Source: a virus (lineage: Duplodnaviria; Caudoviricetes). From it: 64,000 bases of DNA. The notes under the pieces were generated by a model. It had not been told where the DNA came from and searched no databases. It saw only the letters and a program-made list of their open reading frames with translations. Both the position numbers and the translations under genes were made by a program. Location of the stretch: the IMG/VR virus record IMGVR_UViG_3300033074_001484, positions 96,001 to 160,000 of that record. One strand, 5' to 3'. This document shows positions 56,080 through 64,000 of the stretch, piece after piece. Position 1 is the stretch's first letter, and every line of letters begins with the position of its first letter.

Positions 56080-58442
56080 TACAATTTCCTTATTACCATT
56101 ATCATTGTGGTTAATGTGTCCCTACCCGGTACCCACCCAGATGCACTCGCATAAAAATTTAACACCTCCGCCCTATCATTGCCAACCGCTTTCCATGTTG
56201 ATGTATCAAATGCAGATGCTGAGTATGATGCCGAACTTCTAACATACATTGACACACTCCCGGATGGTATAATTGACGATGACACATCATATACCGGTGA
56301 GAATGTATATATCGATCCTCGTTGAACATCAAAGGACGTGTCATATATAGAGCTTGACCCCGAAATCATTGTATAAAAATTTTCAACAGAACAGCTTACC
56401 GGAACATTAACTGACCCTAAATATCTCATCTGCCCCGCTTGCGCAGTTAACATTCCCCTATAAGTAAGCGTTAAAGACCCAATTCTTAAATTATAATCCT
56501 TGTCTAATTCTGAAATGTTCAATTTATCAATATGACTTATCGCATTTGATGGTATTGAACCCTCATTTTTATACATGATGTCTATTAACAAATCACCAAC
56601 TTCAAAATCATTAGCACGAACATTTAATCTATAATGATTTGGTGAAAATCCAATATCAGTACGTGGTATTATTTCCACGTTTGATATATCATATTGCCCT
56701 TTTCTAATTGCAAATTTTGGAACCGTTACACCATCCGATAATGTTTTAAAATACATAACAGATTTAGCACCACGTTCAACTTTATTTGAAATCGACCCAA
56801 TATATACACCTAAATTTCTATCAACCAATGGATTATAATTAACAGACGGTAATTTATCAGTTAATATATCAGACCCCGACACATATACATCAAGTTGATG
56901 TTGAGTATTTGATGTTGAATTTATTGTTGTATAATCAAATGATAGTTGATGTTGAGTATTTGATGTTGAATTTATTGTTGTATAATCAAATGATAGTTTA
57001 TATTCAGTGTTTGCGTATAACTGTACGGCATATGTTGGCAACAATTCAAATACAACAGGTGAATTAACTTCATCCATATCTCCTGTATACGTCACCCGTG
57101 CCGCATTTAACATCGTATCAGATATTGATGCAGTGGGTATTCGGTTTGAATCCACGCAGGATGCGGTCCAATATGTATTCAATACCTGTTGTGTGAATTT
57201 ACCCAACGGTCGTTCTATAATACCATCGGTGGGTGACAATAAAATATTGGACGGGTCAATCAAAATATTGCGCTCAACAACATCATATTCACCCAAATTA
57301 ACAAAGTCTCCAATATTATTTGACACTTTATATCTAATCCCTAATTTCTTAACCACGCCGCCCACAGGTTCCATGTTCTTAATATCAAATGTAATAAACG
57401 ACGCTGTTGTAGGAGTGTCACTGTATGTAGGTGTGGAATAAAAACTACCGGTAAAATCAGTATGATTGATTAATTTAGTAAGGGTGTATACCCCCGAATT
57501 CCCATCCTCCTGTGTATATGATGTTGATATAATGAATGGCGTATCAAGTTGTACACTATTTTTATTGACAATATTAACTATACTTCCACTATATACAAAT
57601 CCAGTTAACTGTGCAGCAGATGTTTTGACAATAGGAGGCACCCTTTCAGTGATATTAATATTATTCAATGTCACAGTACCACCTACCATCTGCTCTGTGA
57701 ACTCAAACGTATCAGATGTGAGTGTTGTTAAATTTAAATGTTCTGGAAGACGTGCTCGGTCAACTGTCGAATAACCATCGTCAACTTGTACATTATTTTT
57801 AGGAGCAATATTACTTGTTTCCTTAGTAACACCACCCCCACCATGTACAGATGGCGTGATTCCGGTCTTTATCGTGAAATTTCCAGACGACGACATTATG
57901 AGAGTTTCAGATGACGTTAATAACGTTCGATACCTCTCATTTCTCTTTTTATATGTAACAATTGGGTCTGTTATAAAAAAAACATCGGAACCGTTGCCTT
58001 TAGTAGTCACTATGTTTATATCTCTGCTCCAAATAACATTTGGAGTATTAATATAATTCGGGGATGACATATCATCTATATACGGAATTTGTCGATGTGT
58101 GACCGGATCGATTGCCAATCTTCCACCTATATAAATTTTACCACGTCCCGGAGGTGTGTCAGCATAAATGTAAACCGATATAATTTTACTTTTTTCTTGG
58201 GTTACAATCGGAACCACTTCATAGTATATAGTATTTCCATTTGCATCAAAAATATCTATATACACCTTACTCTTTGGAACTAACTTATCAGCATCTCCCA
58301 AAATTCTAAACAGATTTTTTCCCACGTAAAATGTGTCCGGGAAATCTACCAATTTAAAATAATTATGGGAATATTCACTTATATCCCTATATGTGATTGG
58401 ATAAGATAATAATCCTGATTGTGATTTTTTATATTGTATCAT
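56079..58442 (-). CDS. Large putative virion (baseplate/fibre-attachment) protein
   Basis: F..GKN.F.I.G, I.VYIY.DTPPG; rich in SGS/TAS/SAS. Confidence 0.6.
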   Translation of the reverse strand: MIQYKKSQSGLLSYPITYRDISEYSHNYFKLVDFPDTFYVGKNLFRILGDADKLVPKSKVYIDIFDANGNTIYYEVVPIVTQEKSKIISVYIYADTPPGRGKIYIGGRLAIDPVTHRQIPYIDDMSSPNYINTPNVIWSRDINIVTTKGNGSDVFFITDPIVTYKKRNERYRTLLTSSETLIMSSSGNFTIKTGITPSVHGGGGVTKETSNIAPKNNVQVDDGYSTVDRARLPEHLNLTTLTSDTFEFTEQMVGGTVTLNNINITERVPPIVKTSAAQLTGFVYSGSIVNIVNKNSVQLDTPFIISTSYTQEDGNSGVYTLTKLINHTDFTGSFYSTPTYSDTPTTASFITFDIKNMEPVGGVVKKLGIRYKVSNNIGDFVNLGEYDVVERNILIDPSNILLSPTDGIIERPLGKFTQQVLNTYWTASCVDSNRIPTASISDTMLNAARVTYTGDMDEVNSPVVFELLPTYAVQLYANTEYKLSFDYTTINSTSNTQHQLSFDYTTINSTSNTQHQLDVYVSGSDILTDKLPSVNYNPLVDRNLGVYIGSISNKVERGAKSVMYFKTLSDGVTVPKFAIRKGQYDISNVEIIPRTDIGFSPNHYRLNVRANDFEVGDLLIDIMYKNEGSIPSNAISHIDKLNISELDKDYNLRIGSLTLTYRGMLTAQAGQMRYLGSVNVPVSCSVENFYTMISGSSSIYDTSFDVQRGSIYTFSPVYDVSSSIIPSGSVSMYVRSSASYSASAFDTSTWKAVGNDRAEVLNFYASASGWVPGRDTLTTMIMVIRKL
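56893..56998. repeat. Perfect 51-bp in-frame tandem duplication
   Basis: LSFDYTTINSTSNTQHQ twice; AGTT microhomology. Confidence 0.95.
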
Positions 58443-58454
58443 TTACAATAAGTA

Positions 58455-61400
58455 TCACTCCACATATAATCTACTATTTTCTCCTTGACGATCTATTGTA
58501 ATGATATCGTCAACCATAGATTTAATACTATCAATATGTGAAATGCATAACACCACCCTACAAAATGATAACATCTTAACAAACATATTATGAATTGGTG
58601 CCCAATGGTCCCCGTCCAATACACCAAACCCCTCATCAATTATAATGAACAATGATTTTGGTAGAGTTGTTATACTCAACAATGCGGTCCGTATCGCCAA
58701 TGACGCAACGAACGACTCCATCCCAGATGTTAATTCAATTGGCCATTCATTATCATCAGAGTATTTAATATACATGTCAATATTCTCAGAATCACCTATC
58801 GTGAACCGTACTGTAAAAGGAACAACTCCTGACAATATCTCATTTGTACGGTGTTGAATTATTGGAAGATATTTTTTGATAATAAAGTATGGTACACCAT
58901 TTCTATTACATAACGCAATGTATTCATTAAGAACATTTTGCATGTTCAATGCGTTATGATATATGCGCTCATTACTCTTCAACATTTCAACATCCTGTGC
59001 AAGTTTTTTAAGTTCACTCTCCAATGCCCAATATCGACTGTTGAGGTCATACTGCTTTTTAGTGGTCGTTGATACCTCTCGTGTGATTTCTTCAATCTTT
59101 TGTTTATAAACATTATTATGTTTTAATATCTCCTGTATTTCAACAAATCGATCACGTTTTGAAACGGCTTCCTTCAACAGCAATGTCAATGACATTTTAT
59201 TAGATTGCAACCCATCTTCAGTCATTTTAATAGTGTTTGCATTAGACCGTGCCAATGCAATTTGATGTTCAACACTTTTATATTGTTCATGTAATTCATT
59301 GTAATTTTTAACACTTTCAAGTAATTCAGAACCATCTGCAAGTTCGCCATCAATTCTATTCAATTCCTTTTCAAGTTCGGGAATGCGTGCAATATCCCGC
59401 ATTGCCAATTTCACAAACTCATTATCCACACAGTACTTACAATTCGGATCGTATTTATGTACGTTCAATCGCTCTCTGGATTGTTCGCATTTATTCAAAT
59501 CGACAACCACACCCTGACGTGTCGTTTTCAAATTAGCAAGCTCAGATACTAAAAATTGATGCTGCCGCATCCCATCCATAATCTCCTGCGCATTAAACGC
59601 ACCTAAGTTTCCCGTCAATAAAGATATACATTCTTCAATCTTATCCTTTTCACTAAGAACATTAATCAGGCGAGTATCAATATCTTTTATCTGATTGGTA
59701 TATTTTTCAATGTCCCGCTCAACCGCATGTATATCAATATTCTCAACATTTTCTATCCGCGCATTATATTCTTTGATGTTGTTGTTAAGCGTGTTCAACT
59801 GTTCAATTAGCATTTCCAATTCAACCCCACATGCTTTAAACTCAGTAGACAACGTCTCAATTTTCGACTCCTTATCGGCAATCTCAGTAGTATAATCTTT
59901 TTTCAATTTGTAGATATCAAGTTCAACATTTTTTAATTGTGCCTTGCCAAGGTTCTCATAAGTTTCATATATTTCAGTATCTAAAAATCTATACAACAGC
60001 GTCTGCCTATTTGATTGTGTTTTGTCAATAAACGTTGACGAATTCTTTTGAGTTGAAATCGATGTTAATGTGATATCATCATATGTACCAATATATGAGC
60101 GTATTATTTTGTTGGTATGCTCGCGCTTCGTGCCAGTCAAATCTTTGATAACATTGCCTTCATCATCTATTATATAAAAATACACGTCAACCGAAACTTT
60201 GCCAAGTTTAGACTTGCTACCATTCCTGACTATTTTATATCTAACACCCGATATTCGTAAGATCAATTCACATGTGAAATAATCCGCATTACGATTCATA
60301 ACATTAGCCGCCATAGATGTTTTACTACATTTATCATACATGCAAAATAAAATAGCATCTATTAGGGTGCTTTTACCTGTTGCATTTGGCGCGAACAATC
60401 CCACTAATCCGTTAAATCTACTAAAGTTGACAACATTACCGGGACCATAACTAAACATATTATCAAATGCAAAATATTCAATATCCCAATCAACATTTCG
60501 CACCGAGTCGTCAACAACAGCTTTATTTTTTATTTCTGTGTGTAATGCAATAATCGCTTCAACACTTTCAGATGATAATCCTTTGATGTCAAGATATTCT
60601 CTTAAAATTGAACTCTCATCTGCATGTTTGGTAGTTAAAACATGTAACAATTCAGATGTAGATACGCTCCCGACATTTTCAATAGACGCTACATTAACTG
60701 TATATTTTTTGGACAACCTATCAATAAAAGATTTAATGCTTTTAGGGTCCTCATCATTATGCCTAATTCGGACTGTCAACCGTTTTGCATCATATTCCGG
60801 AATCTCTGTATTGATATCATTGATTGTAATATACAAATGCTCTTGTGGTATTTTTACAAATTCACCCTTTTTTGTAGGTATGTCCCATACGATTATTCCA
60901 TGATCTAACCCTTCGCCAAAATTTTGCTGGATCAATGATCCGGGATATGCCGCAGTTGGTGAAACATATTGAAACTTATGAATGTCTCCAAGCATCACAA
61001 TGTCATACTCTGTAAACATTTCAACATCAACACTTGCATTATCAAATAAATAACCATAATCATTAGATGCCCCGTTTACCGGGCCATGAAATAATGCAAC
61101 CTTTGTTGAACATGAAGTATTAATTGTGAAAGGCCATTTTTCCTTCCCATCTAAAATTGAAAATACGCCAAATGCAATATCCCCGATCTCGAACACCCCA
61201 GAATATGGTAAATAATAAAGATTCGGATGCCTCATAATATCACATATCGGAGTCAACACATCCAATCGAGATGAGTTAATTCCGTTAAAGTCATGGTTTC
61301 CGGGTATTACAATTGTCGGACATATATCAGCAAATTTTCTGAATAACGTTCCAATTAACATTGTCATTTCCGAGGACATGTCCACCTTTGAATGTGCAAC

Positions 61401-61553
61401 ATCACCAGTAATAACAATTACTGAATCTTTTGTTTTATGAGCCTCTATATACCCAATCAACTTATCGAAAATCTCTGAATATTCATCGTGCCTTTGAAGT
61501 ATTCGCACATGAATATCCGATACATGAAATACTTTGTCAATTTTTGCAATCAT
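58455..61553 (-). CDS. Fused Mre11/SbcD nuclease and Rad50/SbcC ATPase (gp47-gp46 fusion)
   Basis: SDIH, GD, GNHD, HG, GDIH; then APNATGKS, Zn-hook CKYC, signature TSGME, IIDEGFG.LD, ISH. Confidence 0.93.
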   Translation of the reverse strand: MIAKIDKVFHVSDIHVRILQRHDEYSEIFDKLIGYIEAHKTKDSVIVITGDVAHSKVDMSSEMTMLIGTLFRKFADICPTIVIPGNHDFNGINSSRLDVLTPICDIMRHPNLYYLPYSGVFEIGDIAFGVFSILDGKEKWPFTINTSCSTKVALFHGPVNGASNDYGYLFDNASVDVEMFTEYDIVMLGDIHKFQYVSPTAAYPGSLIQQNFGEGLDHGIIVWDIPTKKGEFVKIPQEHLYITINDINTEIPEYDAKRLTVRIRHNDEDPKSIKSFIDRLSKKYTVNVASIENVGSVSTSELLHVLTTKHADESSILREYLDIKGLSSESVEAIIALHTEIKNKAVVDDSVRNVDWDIEYFAFDNMFSYGPGNVVNFSRFNGLVGLFAPNATGKSTLIDAILFCMYDKCSKTSMAANVMNRNADYFTCELILRISGVRYKIVRNGSKSKLGKVSVDVYFYIIDDEGNVIKDLTGTKREHTNKIIRSYIGTYDDITLTSISTQKNSSTFIDKTQSNRQTLLYRFLDTEIYETYENLGKAQLKNVELDIYKLKKDYTTEIADKESKIETLSTEFKACGVELEMLIEQLNTLNNNIKEYNARIENVENIDIHAVERDIEKYTNQIKDIDTRLINVLSEKDKIEECISLLTGNLGAFNAQEIMDGMRQHQFLVSELANLKTTRQGVVVDLNKCEQSRERLNVHKYDPNCKYCVDNEFVKLAMRDIARIPELEKELNRIDGELADGSELLESVKNYNELHEQYKSVEHQIALARSNANTIKMTEDGLQSNKMSLTLLLKEAVSKRDRFVEIQEILKHNNVYKQKIEEITREVSTTTKKQYDLNSRYWALESELKKLAQDVEMLKSNERIYHNALNMQNVLNEYIALCNRNGVPYFIIKKYLPIIQHRTNEILSGVVPFTVRFTIGDSENIDMYIKYSDDNEWPIELTSGMESFVASLAIRTALLSITTLPKSLFIIIDEGFGVLDGDHWAPIHNMFVKMLSFCRVVLCISHIDSIKSMVDDIITIDRQGENSRLYVE

Positions 61554-62470
61554 TGTAACTGTATTTTAAGTAAATCCATATTAGTCACATAACCAGTTTT
61601 ATCTACCAATTCCCACATTTTAGCATGTCCTACTGAATTTGGGTCTTGCCCATTCTCCAGCATCACCAGTTTACATGGAACTCCCATGTTTAAGAAATAT
61701 TTCACGTCAACCAAACATTCTTTTATAGCATCTCCGTCGGGGCAAAAAATCAATTCCGGCACATTTAACAATCGTTCTTTCAAACATTGTGATATAAATT
61801 TCCCATATTTAGGCACTGTATTGAATCGCATGGTTATTGCATCGAACGCACCCTCAACTAAACACACCGGTAATTCAAAATTTATCATATTTTCAAAACC
61901 AACCACTCCGGATTTTGGAAGTTTTGGATTTCGCATTTTAACATGTACCATTGATGAAAATGCCCGTGTAGTAAAATATGTTAACGCACCAGTTGTATTA
62001 AAATCTGGTATAATAACCATTCGATCATATACACCGGACTCCGCATATCCTATTTTATATCTGAAAATATCATATTCTGTAATCCCTCTGTTTTCCAAAT
62101 ATCGCAAGCACAAATCACGATATACACTTGGTGGAGCATTGTGTAATGGAATATATTCTGTGGGAATTTTTATATCCCCTACAGCCGCAGATTTAATTAT
62201 CGGTCTGGATGATTGATGTTCCGACTCATGATAATGGGGCTTCAATCTCCGAATCAACGCATCCGGTGCGTTTATCTTTTTCAATAGCCCAAATATATTG
62301 CGGCCTTTATTCGGGCATACCCAACATCTCCAAACTCCAGATGTGATTTTTACAGATAATTTTCGTTTACTATGTTTACAAAACGGGCAATGAAACATTA
62401 CATTGTCATCATACGATAATGTATATGTCCCCAAAGCATCCTGAAGTATGGATAGCACAGCATCATTCAT
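61550..62470 (-). CDS. gp61: DNA primase (gp61/DnaG-like)
   Basis: CPFC..H, CWVC, YL.NRG, TOPRIM VEGAFDA, DGD, DPN. Confidence 0.92.
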   Translation of the reverse strand: MNDAVLSILQDALGTYTLSYDDNVMFHCPFCKHSKRKLSVKITSGVWRCWVCPNKGRNIFGLLKKINAPDALIRRLKPHYHESEHQSSRPIIKSAAVGDIKIPTEYIPLHNAPPSVYRDLCLRYLENRGITEYDIFRYKIGYAESGVYDRMVIIPDFNTTGALTYFTTRAFSSMVHVKMRNPKLPKSGVVGFENMINFELPVCLVEGAFDAITMRFNTVPKYGKFISQCLKERLLNVPELIFCPDGDAIKECLVDVKYFLNMGVPCKLVMLENGQDPNSVGHAKMWELVDKTGYVTNMDLLKIQLQ

Positions 62471-62474
62471 GCTG

Positions 62475-62482
62475 CAAATATA
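62475..62482 (-). promoter_or_regulatory. Bacteroidota-type -7 promoter box TAnnTTTG
   Basis: Sense TATATTTG-CAGC-ATG in front of primase. Confidence 0.55.
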
Positions 62483-62496
62483 CTACCATATTTTAA

Positions 62497-62856
62497 TTAT
62501 CTATGAAGTTTCAACCTTTTATTCAATTCAGCTTTTACAGCCTTTGCAACAGGACCTCGCCATGTTGTCGCGTTGGCCAGAAAGTATCTAACGATTGAAT
62601 CCGCACTGTCCATTCCATAATCATCATCCAAACTATCCAACGATGACATTGCACTTAAATATGGCCGTGCCCCAAAATATACATTCTGCCAGTCCCGGCG
62701 AATAACACTTGCCAATCCTGCAAGATTGTGTTTAGAGTAATCTATTATTTCATCACTTTCTTTTAATGCAACATTTTTGGATTCAGTCTTTATCAAATAT
62801 TTGACATAATCCTTCAATACCGATCTAAGTTCGTCAAGATTTGCTTTTTTAGGCAT
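62497..62856 (-). CDS. Hypothetical protein, possible head-packaged cargo
   Basis: Compact C-terminal domain IRRDW..VYFGARPYL..YFLANATTWRG after an LKE-containing leader. Confidence 0.7.
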   Translation of the reverse strand: MPKKANLDELRSVLKDYVKYLIKTESKNVALKESDEIIDYSKHNLAGLASVIRRDWQNVYFGARPYLSAMSSLDSLDDDYGMDSADSIVRYFLANATTWRGPVAKAVKAELNKRLKLHR

Positions 62857-63247
62857 TTACACCCCCCATTTGTGTAGTTAACGTTTTTATATAATTTAAC
62901 CCCGCAGACTTGAAATTTTCATATAATGCACGATCATTAAACTTGGAAGGGTCTAAATGATTGTCCATATATTCTTTAGTAATAAATGTGATAAAAAAAT
63001 TGTTTTGGGACACGCCACCAATATACAGTACAGACGACTCTTCCGGATTCTGTATATTCAACTCCTTAGACTGTGTTAGTCTATTTTGGACACGGTTTGC
63101 ATTTTTAATGGCCTCATCCATCGAATCATATGTACCTATAGTATTATAGTCGGTATCATAATATTCTACAATATAATAGTCACCAGACACTTCAAGCATC
63201 AATTTTACTGTATGTTTAATATATTCATCTAAATTATATCTGGTCAT
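62849..63247 (-). CDS. Hypothetical protein
   Basis: 132-aa ORF; TATTTATW motifs at 63265-63276. Confidence 0.7.
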   Translation of the reverse strand: MTRYNLDEYIKHTVKLMLEVSGDYYIVEYYDTDYNTIGTYDSMDEAIKNANRVQNRLTQSKELNIQNPEESSVLYIGGVSQNNFFITFITKEYMDNHLDPSKFNDRALYENFKSAGLNYIKTLTTQMGGVNA

Positions 63248-63819
63248 TTCACATCTTTACGTTGTATAAATAAATATGAATTACCATTATCAAACATATC
63301 CCATATTACTGTGAACAATTTTGAATATATATTTTTATGTTCATCGTGTGATTGAAAGACACAATAATGCGGTTTATGTGTCGCGTCATGCTCAATTGGC
63401 ACGGTAGACCAAACTATCCCACCATTATTCAAATGTGTGTACATATTTTTAATCACCAATTCAGGATCATAACAATGCTCCAACGTATGGCTAATAGACA
63501 TAAGATCAAATTTAAATTCATATGGGAATGGTTCGTGGGCATCGTGTACCATAAGATTATTATTAAATGCCACCAATGTTTCCCATTTTACACTCGCCCG
63601 TTCTCCTATATCAAATCCATAACTATGTTTGGTATAACCCAACATATATTCAACAGTCTTGGCAATACCCCGGCACCCTATATCTAAAAAATAAAAACTG
63701 GACGGTAATTGAGGAAACACAATATTCAAATATTGTGGCAATTTATTACTATTGATAATTAAACCACTACGTTTATTCTGTTCATCATAATATTCACTAT
63801 CGTATTGCTTTCGTATCAT
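63244..63819 (-). CDS. Class I SAM-dependent methyltransferase
   Basis: FLDIGC, GFDI, FDL.SISHTLEH..DP, L..GG; start at TAATG overlap. Confidence 0.85.
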   Translation of the reverse strand: MIRKQYDSEYYDEQNKRSGLIINSNKLPQYLNIVFPQLPSSFYFLDIGCRGIAKTVEYMLGYTKHSYGFDIGERASVKWETLVAFNNNLMVHDAHEPFPYEFKFDLMSISHTLEHCYDPELVIKNMYTHLNNGGIVWSTVPIEHDATHKPHYCVFQSHDEHKNIYSKLFTVIWDMFDNGNSYLFIQRKDVK

Positions 63820-64000
63820 TACGTATCCCATCGTATCAAAATGTTCATATCAACGTCGTCACGCATTTGTAGTGGCTGACCCATTTTACCAACAGCAACC
63901 AAATCCCCCTGTGAATTGTATAATCCAACAGCGGTTACGTATGGTAGCAGTAAGGAACCGGTCATATCAGATATTAACAAATCCGACGTATGATGTATTC
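63819..64000 (-). CDS. C-terminal fragment of a baseplate/tail-collar-like virion protein
   Basis: Manual translation ...MTGSLLLPYVTAVGLYNSQGDLVAVGKMGQPLQMRDDVDMNILIRWDT*. Confidence 0.65.
   Translation of the reverse strand, partial: IHHTSDLLISDMTGSLLLPYVTAVGLYNSQGDLVAVGKMGQPLQMRDDVDMNILIRWDT

Noticed and set aside
1-64000. Stop-codon reassignment
   Set aside because: Core genes are intact in the standard code, and TAA, TGA and TAG each end genes at sensible positions (TAG for tube 2 and PhoH).
1-64000. tRNA or other stable RNA genes
   Set aside because: Intergenic gaps are at most about 110 nt and none shows a cloverleaf or T-arm consensus.

Overview
A 64-kb segment of a large, AT-rich, T4-like contractile-tailed phage. 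Essentially all genes are on the minus strand and read in the standard code. From right to left it carries: a SAM methyltransferase; primase; a single-ORF Mre11-Rad50 (gp47-gp46) fusion; terminase, portal, prohead protease, ribosomal protein bS21, scaffold and major capsid protein; PhoH; fibre/decoration proteins; neck, tail terminator, sheath and three tail-tube paralogues; chaperone, tape measure and baseplate genes; a replication block (PolA-like domain, gp32, UvsX, 5'-3' exonuclease, helicase, class II RNR, PolB, probable clamp); and a glycosylation cluster (GT-B, two GT4, GT2, start of an NAD-dependent sugar epimerase). A Bacteroidota host is inferred from a DUF4494-like gene, TAnnTTTG boxes and a Bacteroidia-type bS21. 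Main leads: (1) an [S/T]-G-S tripeptide concentrated in outward-facing virion proteins and nearly absent elsewhere, which may be the sequon for the phage glycosyltransferases; (2) phage bS21 together with Shine-Dalgarno-led late genes; (3) a late-promoter-like motif that is the reverse complement of the T4 late promoter; (4) a candidate +1 frameshift in the tail chaperone; (5) apparent CCWGG/CTAG avoidance; (6) perfect in-frame tandem duplications. All annotations come from motif recognition by eye; no database searches were run, and counts are manual.
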